Shown one piece after another: positions 46,478 through 55,509 of a DNA stretch of 64,000 nt. Position numbers and translations under genes: made by a program. Positions within the stretch are counted from its first letter, which is position 1. Every line of letters begins with the position of its first letter. This DNA comes from an uncultured Eubacteriales bacterium (GTDB lineage: Bacteria; Bacillota; Clostridia; Oscillospirales; Acutalibacteraceae). The notes below the pieces were generated by a model. It was not told the DNA's origin. It saw nothing but the letters and a program-made list of their open reading frames with translations, and did not search any database. The stretch lies in the NCBI GenBank assembly GCA_948933715.1, contig CAQZPH010000001.1:10204-74203 (forward strand), given 5' to 3'.

Positions 46478-48157
46478 ATGGTGATGAATATGGATAATAA
46501 TATCATTTCTTTAGTTCTGTTTTCCATAAGAGTTTTCCTGTCGTTTCTTAGCGTAGTTATTATAACTCTTTGCTTTAAGTCAATGAGAAATCATACTCGT
46601 CGCAACGGAGCTTTAATAATTCTTCAAAATGCTTACACAAAAAAAGAGTACCCGGTTTTATTTTGGGAAAATAGCATTGGAAGAAGCAAAAATTGCGATA
46701 TTGTAATTCCTGATTCCACAATCTCAAGGGATCATGCCGTCCTTTTTAGAAGAAAAAATGGTTGGTTTATTTCCGATACTAATTCTAAATATGGAGTCCT
46801 GGTAAACGGTAAAAAAATAAAAGATAAAACTAAACTCAACATAAATGATACTATATCCCTAGGTGCCACAACCCTTAACCTCTTGAAAGCATCCGATTCA
46901 CGTGACATTTCATCAAACTATGAACCGTCTATAAACATTTCTAGTCCTCTAAACCCATCACGAAATCTATTCCTTGTCACTTTATTTTTAATTTTAAACG
47001 GTAGTGAACCGATATTGCAATCCCAGTCTATAAGTTTATATAAAACAGGTCCGCTTGTTATATTCATTTTGTTATCCTGGTTATTTTTTATTATATCAAC
47101 ATTAATATTAAAACGTCGTACTTTTGAACTTGAAACGTTAGCGATTTTCTTATCAGGAATTGGAATTACACTTATAAGCAACGCAAAACCCGACGAAGCT
47201 TTTATGCAATTATTAACCACAGCTATTGGGATGGTTTTATTTTGCGTAATAATTGGAATCATAAAAAATCCTGATATTGCTGGAAAAATGCAAATTATGA
47301 TCGCCATTTTAGCAGTTGGTTTATTTATTGTTAACTTAATTTTTGCAAAAGAAATAAACGGGGCAAAAAACTGGATAACTCTTGCATCGTTTTCTATACA
47401 ACCATCGGAATTTATAAAAATAGCTTTTATATTTGTAGGCGCTTCAACGCTTGATGATTTGCAAACTACCAAAAGTTTAACATGGTTTATTTTATTCTCT
47501 TCTATATGTATAGGATGTCTCTTCCTCATGAAAGATTTTGGTACTGCGTGTATATTCTTTGTAGCTTTTTTAGTAATTGCATTTATGCGTTCTGGAAGCA
47601 TCCGTACACTTATTTTATCCTGCAGTGCCGCTGCTTTGGGAGTATTTTTAATTCTAACCTTTAAACCATATATAAAAGACAGGTTTTCAGTATGGGGGAA
47701 TGTGTGGGAGCATGCAAACGAATTAGGGTTTCAGCAAACTCGTGTACTTGCATACAGTGCAAGTGGTGGGTTATTTGGTGTAGGCGTTGGTAACGGATGT
47801 TTAAAAAACGTTTTTGCATCTATAGGTGACCTTATGTTTGGAGTGGTCTGCGAAGAAATGGGACTTATTGTCGCTATTACTATTGCGCTTATACTTGCTG
47901 GTTTCTCATTTTCTGCACACTCTCAAACTTCCAAAAGCCGTTCTACATTTTATTCCATTAGTTCTTGTGCCGCTGCTTCTATGCTAATATTTCAAGCTGC
48001 ACTACATATTTTTGGAACAACAGATATCCTGCCTTTAACTGGTGTAACCTTGCCATTTGTCAGCCTTGGTGGTTCAAGTATGATATCTTCGTTTGGGCTT
48101 TTAGCTTTTATAAAAGCTGCTGATGAAAGAACTTATGCCCTTAAAAAAACTTATTAG
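46478..48157 (+). CDS. rodA: FHA domain fused to an FtsW/RodA/SpoVE (SEDS) family peptidoglycan polymerase
   Basis: 559 aa. An N-terminal TM segment is followed by the FHA signature (GRSKNCDIVIPDSTISRDHAVL...NSKYGVLVNGKKI). About 9 SEDS TM segments follow, with the C-terminal GVTLPFVSLGGSSM motif. The start may instead be Met5 at 46490. Confidence 0.85.
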   Translation: MVMNMDNNIISLVLFSIRVFLSFLSVVIITLCFKSMRNHTRRNGALIILQNAYTKKEYPVLFWENSIGRSKNCDIVIPDSTISRDHAVLFRRKNGWFISDTNSKYGVLVNGKKIKDKTKLNINDTISLGATTLNLLKASDSRDISSNYEPSINISSPLNPSRNLFLVTLFLILNGSEPILQSQSISLYKTGPLVIFILLSWLFFIISTLILKRRTFELETLAIFLSGIGITLISNAKPDEAFMQLLTTAIGMVLFCVIIGIIKNPDIAGKMQIMIAILAVGLFIVNLIFAKEINGAKNWITLASFSIQPSEFIKIAFIFVGASTLDDLQTTKSLTWFILFSSICIGCLFLMKDFGTACIFFVAFLVIAFMRSGSIRTLILSCSAAALGVFLILTFKPYIKDRFSVWGNVWEHANELGFQQTRVLAYSASGGLFGVGVGNGCLKNVFASIGDLMFGVVCEEMGLIVAITIALILAGFSFSAHSQTSKSRSTFYSISSCAAASMLIFQAALHIFGTTDILPLTGVTLPFVSLGGSSMISSFGLLAFIKAADERTYALKKTY

Positions 48158-48168
48158 GTGGTATATTT

Positions 48169-49551
48169 ATGAGGAATACACGAACTCGTTCAATAGTGTT
48201 GTCATTAATGACTTTACTATTTCTTTTTGGGATTGGCCTTTTTGTATTTAGATATATTACAAATGCTAGTTCATGGGCTTTTAGCCCCGTAAACAAACAT
48301 TTTTCTCGTGAACAACTAGTTAAAGCTGGCGATATTGTAGATTGTAATAACGTTTTGCTTGCACACAGTGAAAACGGTAAACGCAAATATAATGACGATG
48401 AAAATACTCGCCGCGCACTTTTGCATACTGTAGGCGATAATACTTCTCATATACCAAGCTCTGTTCAAACTTTATATCATGATGAATTATATGGATATAA
48501 CTTTATTTTAGGTGTAAATTCCCCAGAAGTCTTAGGTAAAAGTAAAAATATAAAGATTACTCTTGATAGTGAGGTTTGCAAAGTTGCACTAAATGCGCTT
48601 GGTAGTCATAAGGGTGCTGTGTGTGTATATAACTATAAAACTGGAGAAATTGTTTGCATGGTAAGCACACCCACTTATGACCCCTATCACCCTGAAGTAG
48701 TTGAAAAAGATAGTTCAGAAAAATATGAAGGTGCCTATATTAATAGAGTCCTTAATTCATCATATACCCCTGGTTCTGTGTTTAAAATTATTACTAGTGC
48801 ATCAGGGCTTGCCTACCTTGATGATATGGAAAATAAAACTTATTCTTGCCATCAAACAGAACTAGTAAATAATAAGAAAATCACATGTCTTGGTTCTCAT
48901 GGAGATATAAACCTTAAAAATGCTATGATGAGATCTTGCAACATTTATTTTGCAGATCTTGCAATTGAGCTTGGCAATGAACAAATGACAAATACCGCTA
49001 ATTCTATGGGTTTTAATCGAAGTTTTCAAATCGATAGAGTAAAAACTAAAAAAAGTTTTTATAACGTTGATAAAGCTGATGACTATAATCTAGGTTGGTC
49101 TGGTATTGGCCAATATAATGACTTATTAAACCCCATGCATAGCGTAATTTTGATGGGTGCAGTTGCAAATTCTGGAGAGGCTTGCACCCCGCATTTTATA
49201 AAAGATATTTATTTAGACAAGCCTTCAAGTAATGCAAGGTACCGTACTTTAGGCTCAAAAGAAAAACTTTTGCCTAAAAATACCGCAGATATACTTAAGG
49301 GTATAATGAGATATAATGTTACTGCAAATTATGGAGACTCTATGTTTCCCCATTTAAATGTATGTGCCAAGACTGGAACTGCTGAAGTTGGGGAGGATAA
49401 AGAACCTCACGGATGGATGATTGGTTTTTCATCTAATGATGACACACCTTTGGCATTTTGCGTAATTGTAGAAAACTCAGGTTATGGTTCTAAAACTGCT
49501 GGTCCTATTGCTGAAAAAGTTTTAAACTACGCTGCAAAGAGATTAAAATAA
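48169..49551 (+). CDS. pbpA: class B penicillin-binding protein (PbpA-like transpeptidase)
   Basis: 460 aa with an N-terminal membrane anchor. The motifs are SxxK (GSVFK), SxN (SCN) and KTGT (AKTGTAE). Confidence 0.88.
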   Translation: MRNTRTRSIVLSLMTLLFLFGIGLFVFRYITNASSWAFSPVNKHFSREQLVKAGDIVDCNNVLLAHSENGKRKYNDDENTRRALLHTVGDNTSHIPSSVQTLYHDELYGYNFILGVNSPEVLGKSKNIKITLDSEVCKVALNALGSHKGAVCVYNYKTGEIVCMVSTPTYDPYHPEVVEKDSSEKYEGAYINRVLNSSYTPGSVFKIITSASGLAYLDDMENKTYSCHQTELVNNKKITCLGSHGDINLKNAMMRSCNIYFADLAIELGNEQMTNTANSMGFNRSFQIDRVKTKKSFYNVDKADDYNLGWSGIGQYNDLLNPMHSVILMGAVANSGEACTPHFIKDIYLDKPSSNARYRTLGSKEKLLPKNTADILKGIMRYNVTANYGDSMFPHLNVCAKTGTAEVGEDKEPHGWMIGFSSNDDTPLAFCVIVENSGYGSKTAGPIAEKVLNYAAKRLK

Positions 49552-49585
49552 ACCTAGCAAACTACACGTTCTTAAAACCCTTACC

Positions 49586-49614
49586 TTGACAGACCTATCG
49601 GTCCATGCTATAAT
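49586..49614 (+). promoter_or_regulatory. consensus sigma-A promoter of the ABC transporter operon, with a palindrome in the spacer
   Basis: TTGACA (49586-91), a 17-nt spacer, then TGcTATAAT (49606-14). The spacer contains GACCTATCGGTC (GACC-N4-GGTC). Confidence 0.65.
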
Positions 49615-49647
49615 TAGAAACAGCGAAATCAAGGAGGTACCCCTTAA

Positions 49648-50562
49648 ATGGAAAATGTTTTAAAGACCACTAATCTAACAAAAACATTCTCAAAAAAAGT
49701 GGCTGTAAAAAATGTAAATATGAATATAAAAAAGGGAGACATTTATGGATTCATCGGTAAAAACGGTGCGGGTAAAACCACTCTTATAAAGATGATTGTT
49801 GGTCTTTCTTCTCAAACTAGCGGAAATATTGAATTATTTGATAGCAAAAAACTAAACGAAGGTAGACGTAAAATTGGTACTGTTATAGAATCACCTGCAT
49901 TTGCTCCTAATTTAACTGCTTATCAAAATATGTATATACAATGGAAGTTACTTGGATCTAAAGATAAATCAATAATAAAAGAAACTTTAGCTCTTGTTGG
50001 TCTTTCTTCTGTTGGTAATAAAAAAGTTAAAAAGTTTTCCCTTGGCATGAAACAAAGGCTCGGAATTGCAATGGCACTTATGGGAAACCCAGAATTTTTA
50101 GTTCTTGATGAACCAACAAATGGCCTTGACCCTGAAGGTATTGTTGAAATTCGGCACATGCTAAAAAAATTAAACGAGGAAAAAGGCATCACCATGCTTA
50201 TTTCAAGCCATATACTAAGTGAACTGGCCAAATTAGCAACCCGCTATGGGATAATAAATAATGGTGAAATCATAGAAGAGTTTTCAGATAATGAGCTAGC
50301 TAAGCGTTGTAACTCTAGTCTTATTGTAAAGGTTGATAACGTAAAGAAAGCATATGAAATTTTAAAAGATGAACTAAAAACTGAAAATTTCACTGTGTTA
50401 AACGAAAACACTTTAGAAATAAATGATTTTACAGATAATCCCGGTCTTGTAAACAGTACTCTTTCTAAAAGTGATATTATAGTTGATTCTATATCAAATA
50501 AATCAATAGACCTTGAAGAATACTTTATGCAGGTGATAGGCGGAGGTAATAAAGATGATTAA
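49648..50562 (+). CDS. ABC transporter ATP-binding protein (ABC-2 / bacitracin-lantibiotic resistance type)
   Basis: 304 aa. Walker A is GKNGAGKTT, the signature is LGMKQR (LSGGQ-like) and Walker B is LVLDEP. The RBS is AAGGAGG. Confidence 0.88.
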   Translation: MENVLKTTNLTKTFSKKVAVKNVNMNIKKGDIYGFIGKNGAGKTTLIKMIVGLSSQTSGNIELFDSKKLNEGRRKIGTVIESPAFAPNLTAYQNMYIQWKLLGSKDKSIIKETLALVGLSSVGNKKVKKFSLGMKQRLGIAMALMGNPEFLVLDEPTNGLDPEGIVEIRHMLKKLNEEKGITMLISSHILSELAKLATRYGIINNGEIIEEFSDNELAKRCNSSLIVKVDNVKKAYEILKDELKTENFTVLNENTLEINDFTDNPGLVNSTLSKSDIIVDSISNKSIDLEEYFMQVIGGGNKDD

Positions 50563-51322
50563 CATATTAAAGACAGATTTTTATAAAGCTTTTAGAGCTA
50601 CTTCATTTTGGGTAACGTCAACCCTTGTTATCCTCTTTTCTTTGCTTGAATCATTTCTTATCTTCTGGGGATTTAAAATGACTGTTGATAATGCGGAACT
50701 TCTTGACCTAATGGGTAATTATATTCCAGGATTCTTTCAAGCCGTTTTAGGAATAATATCTCAAAACATATTTTTAAGTGGTATTTTTGCCTGCGTGTTT
50801 GCTACATCAGATTTTACCCACGGTACAATAAAAAATATAGCCTCCAAAGGGTATAGACGTGAATACATATATGCATCAAAATTTATAACTACCTTAGGTG
50901 TTACAATTATTCACTTTATTCTATGTTTCTTAACCTCTTTTATAACTGCTCAAATCGTAATCGGCAATAAAATCCCTGATTTTTTTAAATATAGTAATTA
51001 TGATATAAAAAATATTTTTGCATTGTCGCTTCAAATTATAGCATATATCTCGTTAGCTCTTCTCTTAGCTATGCTTTTTCGTTCTACTGGTCCTACAATT
51101 GCAACTTTTCTAGGATTTATATTTCTTGAAGGTACTTTTATCGAGCTAATAGATCAATTTATTAATCATGTATTACATCAAAATTTTTCTATAAGCGCCT
51201 ACTCGATTTCACGTGCGGTCGCTGATTCTTATATGTTAAGAGGCTCAATAGTTATCCTAATTTACATCGTAATCTTTACTTTAATAGGAATGTATTCGTT
51301 TAATAAACGTGATATAAATTAA
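50555..51322 (+). CDS. ABC-2 family transporter permease
   Basis: 255 aa with about 6 TM segments. It overlaps the ATPase gene by 8 nt. Confidence 0.75.
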   Translation: MINILKTDFYKAFRATSFWVTSTLVILFSLLESFLIFWGFKMTVDNAELLDLMGNYIPGFFQAVLGIISQNIFLSGIFACVFATSDFTHGTIKNIASKGYRREYIYASKFITTLGVTIIHFILCFLTSFITAQIVIGNKIPDFFKYSNYDIKNIFALSLQIIAYISLALLLAMLFRSTGPTIATFLGFIFLEGTFIELIDQFINHVLHQNFSISAYSISRAVADSYMLRGSIVILIYIVIFTLIGMYSFNKRDIN

Positions 51323-51349
51323 TAATAAAATTGTTTTTTTCAAAAAATC

Positions 51350-51385
51350 ACAAGAGAGGTACAACGTACGTTGTACCTCTCTTGT
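51350..51385. terminator. bidirectional intrinsic terminator between the ABC operon (+) and the carboxylase cluster (-)
   Basis: A perfect 17-bp palindrome pairs ACAAGAGAGGTACAACG with CGTTGTACCTCTCTTGT. A/T runs flank it on both sides. Confidence 0.8.
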
Positions 51386-51400
51386 TTTATACACAAATCA

Positions 51401-52801
51401 TCAAACCGGGTGTACTTTATTTTCAATATCCCCATATTTTGCGTTTAAGCCATACTTTTTAGCTCGACGTTTTTCAAAGAATTCTACCGCTATTTTGGGA
51501 AACTGGGCATAAGCTAAAACGTCTTCATCGGTTTCAATAAATTCTTTTATTTCTGATGATAAATTCTGGAGTTCTGGCGATAACAAATCTGCTGGCCTGC
51601 AAGTAATTATATCGTCGTCTCCTATAATTTTTGTTTTAAACTTTTCATCTATTGGCATCGGTGTTTTTCCGTATTTACCTGCAATCAAATCTTTAAATTC
51701 ACTGGTGCACATTTTATATCTTGCATTGTTTATAACGTTAAATACAGCTTGGGTACCAATTATTTGAGACGTTGGTGTAACTAAAGGCGGATATCCTGCA
51801 TCTTTTCGCACTCGTGGAACTTCTTCTAAAACTTTTTGGAATTCATCTTCCTTACCTGCTTGCTTTAGCTGTAACAATAAGTTTGATAGCATTCCTCCTG
51901 GCACTTGATAAATAAGTGCTCTCGTGTCAGACATCAACATCTGTGGATCAAGCAATCCTGAATTTATATATTTTTCTCTAAGCTTTACAAAGTAATCGCG
52001 AATCTCATTTAAAAGAACTAAATCAAGTCCTGTATCATATTGGGTATCGTTAAGTGCTACAACCAATGATTCTGTTGCTATATGAGAAGTCCCTTGCGCA
52101 AATGGAGACATTGCTGTATCTACAATATCAACTCCGGCACCTATCCCCTCAAGAATGCACATCGAAGCTAGTCCTGACGTAGAGTGAGTATGCAATTGTA
52201 TTGGCAAATCTATAGTTTGCTTTAAGGCATTTATTATTTCCGCTGTTTTGGGCGGGGTAAGCAAACCAGCCATATCTTTAATGCAAATTGAATCCACACC
52301 TTCGTCTGAAAGTTGCTTTGCATAGTTTACAAAGTATTCCGGAGTAAACATCTCACCAGTAGTGTATGATATTGCAGCCTGAACATGTATATTTTCTTTT
52401 TTGGCAGCTTTAATTGAAGTTGTTAAATTTCTTATATCGTTTAATGCATCAAATATTCTAATTATGTCAATTCCATTATAAGCCGAACGCTGCACAAAAT
52501 ACTCAACAACATCATCTGCATAATGCCTGTATCCAAGCATGTTTTGACCCCTAAACAACATCTGAAGTTTAGTGTTTTTACAATGTTCTCTTATTAACTT
52601 AAGTCGCTCCCACGGATCTTCATCAAGGAATCGTAAGCATGCATCAAAAGTCGCACCTCCCCAACATTCCAATGAATAAAACCCTACGTTATCAAGTTTA
52701 CTTAATATCGGCAACATATCATCTGTTGGCATTCTTGTTGCTATTAAAGATTGTTGCGCATCCCTTAAGATAGTCTCAGTTATTAACATTTTCTTTTTCA
52801 T
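51401..52801 (-). CDS. oxaloacetate decarboxylase alpha / transcarboxylase 5S-type carboxyltransferase subunit, with no fused BCCP domain
   Basis: 466 aa. It has ITETILRDAQQSL, a TIM-barrel HMGL-like domain with the metal site (LHTHSTSG) and a conserved-carboxylase C-terminal region. Confidence 0.85.
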   Translation of the reverse strand: MKKKMLITETILRDAQQSLIATRMPTDDMLPILSKLDNVGFYSLECWGGATFDACLRFLDEDPWERLKLIREHCKNTKLQMLFRGQNMLGYRHYADDVVEYFVQRSAYNGIDIIRIFDALNDIRNLTTSIKAAKKENIHVQAAISYTTGEMFTPEYFVNYAKQLSDEGVDSICIKDMAGLLTPPKTAEIINALKQTIDLPIQLHTHSTSGLASMCILEGIGAGVDIVDTAMSPFAQGTSHIATESLVVALNDTQYDTGLDLVLLNEIRDYFVKLREKYINSGLLDPQMLMSDTRALIYQVPGGMLSNLLLQLKQAGKEDEFQKVLEEVPRVRKDAGYPPLVTPTSQIIGTQAVFNVINNARYKMCTSEFKDLIAGKYGKTPMPIDEKFKTKIIGDDDIITCRPADLLSPELQNLSSEIKEFIETDEDVLAYAQFPKIAVEFFEKRRAKKYGLNAKYGDIENKVHPV

Positions 52802-52924
52802 TATGTCGTATCCCCCATAAATAAAATAGAACCTGCACTAGATAACATCTGCTGGAATGTAATTTATAAATGAATATTATTTTTTCTTTTTATTATATAC
52901 CTCGGGAAACTAAAAACCAAAAGT

Positions 52925-53287
52925 CTACTCTAAAACTGCAATAACCTGATCAACACTAATGCTTTGACCTTTCTTGGCATTTATAGAAACTATCTTCCCG
53001 TCTCTTGGTGATAAAATCTCATTTTCCATCTTCATTGCTTCTAGCATAGCAATAACCTCGCCCTTTTTAACCACCTGATCCACCGACACATTTATTGATA
53101 TAATGTTTCCAGACATCGGTGCAGTTATTGGCTCTCCACTACTTAATAAAACATTATTTGTTTGATTTAAATTTTCACCGGATGGACGCTCACTATTATC
53201 TTTAAAGGGGCTATCCCCTGAATCATTAATTTCTTCTACAGTTACATCATATAATTTCCCATCAACGGTAATCTTTAAATGTTTCAT
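52925..53287 (-). CDS. biotin carboxyl carrier protein (1.3S-like)
   Basis: About 120 aa from the ATG at 53287, with a GGAGG RBS. The biotinylation motif is EAMKMENEI. Confidence 0.85.
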   Translation of the reverse strand: MKHLKITVDGKLYDVTVEEINDSGDSPFKDNSERPSGENLNQTNNVLLSSGEPITAPMSGNIISINVSVDQVVKKGEVIAMLEAMKMENEILSPRDGKIVSINAKKGQSISVDQVIAVLE

Positions 53288-53301
53288 AAAAAACCTCCAC
53301 A

Positions 53302-54690
53302 CTATTTAAAAGTAGACAATACATTTTTAGAGCAAAAAAGTTCTAAAAGAGAAAATAGCTCCTTGCGAGTATCAAGCGGGTCAATAACATCACTTATAAT
53401 GCCATTTTTTGATGCGATAAGCGGACTTGCTGACTCTTGTTGGAACTTAGCCATATAAATTTTTCTATCTTTAATGGGATCTTCAGATTTTTTTAAGTCA
53501 TCGTTATAAGAAATAGTCGCCATTGCTTTATATGGCAATAAAGATATTTTTGCACAAGGCCAAGCAAGAGTAGTGCTGCAATTAATGTCATCTGATAAAA
53601 CTACCGATGCAAGCGAACCATAAAGTTCACCTAAAATCACGTTAAATTTTTGTACTTTACTTAAATTATAAGCTTTATAAAAATCTATTGCACATTGCGA
53701 AGAAGCAAATTCTTTCGAGTCAAAAAACGAAATAACAGGAATATTAAACCGATCACAAAAACTTATAAATCTTTGAACTTTTGCTACATCTTCTTTGTCA
53801 ATTAACTTGCTCACAGCCCCACTAGTCAAAGCCACCACACAAACGGTTACACCACCTATTTTAGCAATTCCAACACAAAAAGCTTGTCCACAACTGTGGG
53901 ATAATTCAGCAAAACTTTTATCATCAAAAATAACCTCAATTATATCAGTTTTAACGTCGTAAGCGTTATTATTATAAATACTGTTAATAACAAGTTCAAA
54001 CCCATCAAAACTAGAATTAACAGGTTCTTTAAAAGTTCCTTTAGGCGCTGGTGAACTAGAGTTTGACGGTAACATCGAAATCAAATTCCTAACACTAGAA
54101 AACGCACTATCGCTATCCTGCACCAACATATCAACAATACTATTTTTGTCATTTTCCAAAGAGGAGGTTCCATCCTCCTTTATATTGACCGATATATCAG
54201 AACTTTCAGTTGCTATTAAAATATCTGCGCTTCTTGCAAGAACACAGTTAAGCCCTAAGCAAGGCCCTAAAACCACTGATATCTGAGGAACCTCAGTAGA
54301 CAATTTTAAGCTGCTACTTATTAGTTCGCCCATACCTACTAATAAATCTTCTCCATTGTCTAATTTCATTCCCGATGAAGCATATATTCCTACGATAGGT
54401 ACTCGTGCTTTACTAGCCAAAGCATATAATCTTTTTAATTTTTTTATATGCTGATTTGATATAACACCCTCGCACTCATCAAAACCTTGGCAAAATGCAT
54501 AAGCAGGTCTTCCATTAATAGCTCCAAACCCACACATAACCTCTGCACAATTTAAAGAATCACAAATACCAGTATCAATTGGTGTAAAAGAATCTTTATC
54601 AAATAAATCCTGCAAAATTCTGTAGGACTTCTGTGTTAAAACTTCTTGTTTTTGTTTTTTTAATTGTTCTACTAACCCAGTCATATCCAT
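53302..54690 (-). CDS. carboxyltransferase-family protein (12S / PccB-like), divergent
   Basis: 462 aa with a two-lobed crotonase-like carboxyl_trans pattern (PQISVVLGPC...). The conserved GPCAGGA and AYGGAY stretches instead read GPCLGLN and LYGSLA. Confidence 0.7.
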   Translation of the reverse strand: MDMTGLVEQLKKQKQEVLTQKSYRILQDLFDKDSFTPIDTGICDSLNCAEVMCGFGAINGRPAYAFCQGFDECEGVISNQHIKKLKRLYALASKARVPIVGIYASSGMKLDNGEDLLVGMGELISSSLKLSTEVPQISVVLGPCLGLNCVLARSADILIATESSDISVNIKEDGTSSLENDKNSIVDMLVQDSDSAFSSVRNLISMLPSNSSSPAPKGTFKEPVNSSFDGFELVINSIYNNNAYDVKTDIIEVIFDDKSFAELSHSCGQAFCVGIAKIGGVTVCVVALTSGAVSKLIDKEDVAKVQRFISFCDRFNIPVISFFDSKEFASSQCAIDFYKAYNLSKVQKFNVILGELYGSLASVVLSDDINCSTTLAWPCAKISLLPYKAMATISYNDDLKKSEDPIKDRKIYMAKFQQESASPLIASKNGIISDVIDPLDTRKELFSLLELFCSKNVLSTFK

Positions 54691-54765
54691 AAAAAATCCT
54701 CCGATATTCTAATTTACAATATAGAGCTAAATATGCTAAATTAATAAGTAAACAAAAAATAAAAA

Positions 54766-55509
54766 TTATTTTCTTTTTTCCATTCTCGCTAAACGTTTTA
54801 CTTCTTCAGCTGTAAGATCCCTCCATTTACCTGGCTTTAACATACCTAATTTTAGCGTGCCTATAGAAATCCTTTTTAATCTTGCAACTTCAAGGTTAAC
54901 CTGCTCACACATTTTTCTTATCTGCCTATTTCGTCCCTCTTTAAGTGCTATTTCTAAAACTACTCTTTGGGCTTCCGTTTTAATCACAGTTATTTTAGCG
55001 GGTTCTGTTTTGTATCCATCAATCTCCATACCGGAACTCATTTTAACTAATTGATCCTCAGTCACTTTGGGCTTAACAGTAACTCTATATACTTTTTCAA
55101 TATGCTTTGAAGGATGTATAACAGCATTTGCAAAATCTCCATCATTAGTCATAAGCAAAAGCCCTTCTGAATCTTTATCAAGCCTTCCAACTGGATATAC
55201 TTTTTCTGGTACATCCAAAGTCAAATTCGCTACACACTTTCTATCTAACTCATCATTCATTGTTGAAACATATCCACGTGGCTTATTTAACATAATATAA
55301 TATTTCTTTGTCTTATAATCAACTGGCCTGCCACCCACTGCAACCTTATCTATTTTTGGGTCAACCTTATCCCCAATACAAGCTTTTTTTCCATTTACAA
55401 AAACTATTCCTTTTTTTATCATATCCTCAGCTTTTCTTCTTGAAGCCACACCACAATCAGATAGCATTTTTTGAATTCTTATTTTCTCCAACCTTAAAAT
55501 CCTCCGCAA
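54766..55509 (-). CDS. rluB: rRNA pseudouridine synthase (RsuA/RluB family) with an S4 domain
   Basis: 247 aa. The S4 N-terminus is RIQKMLSDCGVASRRKAE. The catalytic motif is GRLDKDSEGLLLMTNDG. Confidence 0.88.
   Translation of the reverse strand: MRRILRLEKIRIQKMLSDCGVASRRKAEDMIKKGIVFVNGKKACIGDKVDPKIDKVAVGGRPVDYKTKKYYIMLNKPRGYVSTMNDELDRKCVANLTLDVPEKVYPVGRLDKDSEGLLLMTNDGDFANAVIHPSKHIEKVYRVTVKPKVTEDQLVKMSSGMEIDGYKTEPAKITVIKTEAQRVVLEIALKEGRNRQIRKMCEQVNLEVARLKRISIGTLKLGMLKPGKWRDLTAEEVKRLARMEKRK

Noticed and set aside
46918-47601. 227-aa minus-strand ORF inside the FHA-RodA gene
   Set aside because: It is antisense to the well-supported SEDS coding frame and has no recognisable motifs or translation signals. 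It is a shadow ORF.
49648-51322. ABC transporter considered as the exporter or immunity system for the Nif11-like peptide
   Set aside because: The ATPase has no N-terminal C39 peptidase domain and no fused TM domain, and the permease is ABC-2 type. The operon is 9 kb away, separated by about 12 unrelated housekeeping genes, and has its own promoter and terminator.
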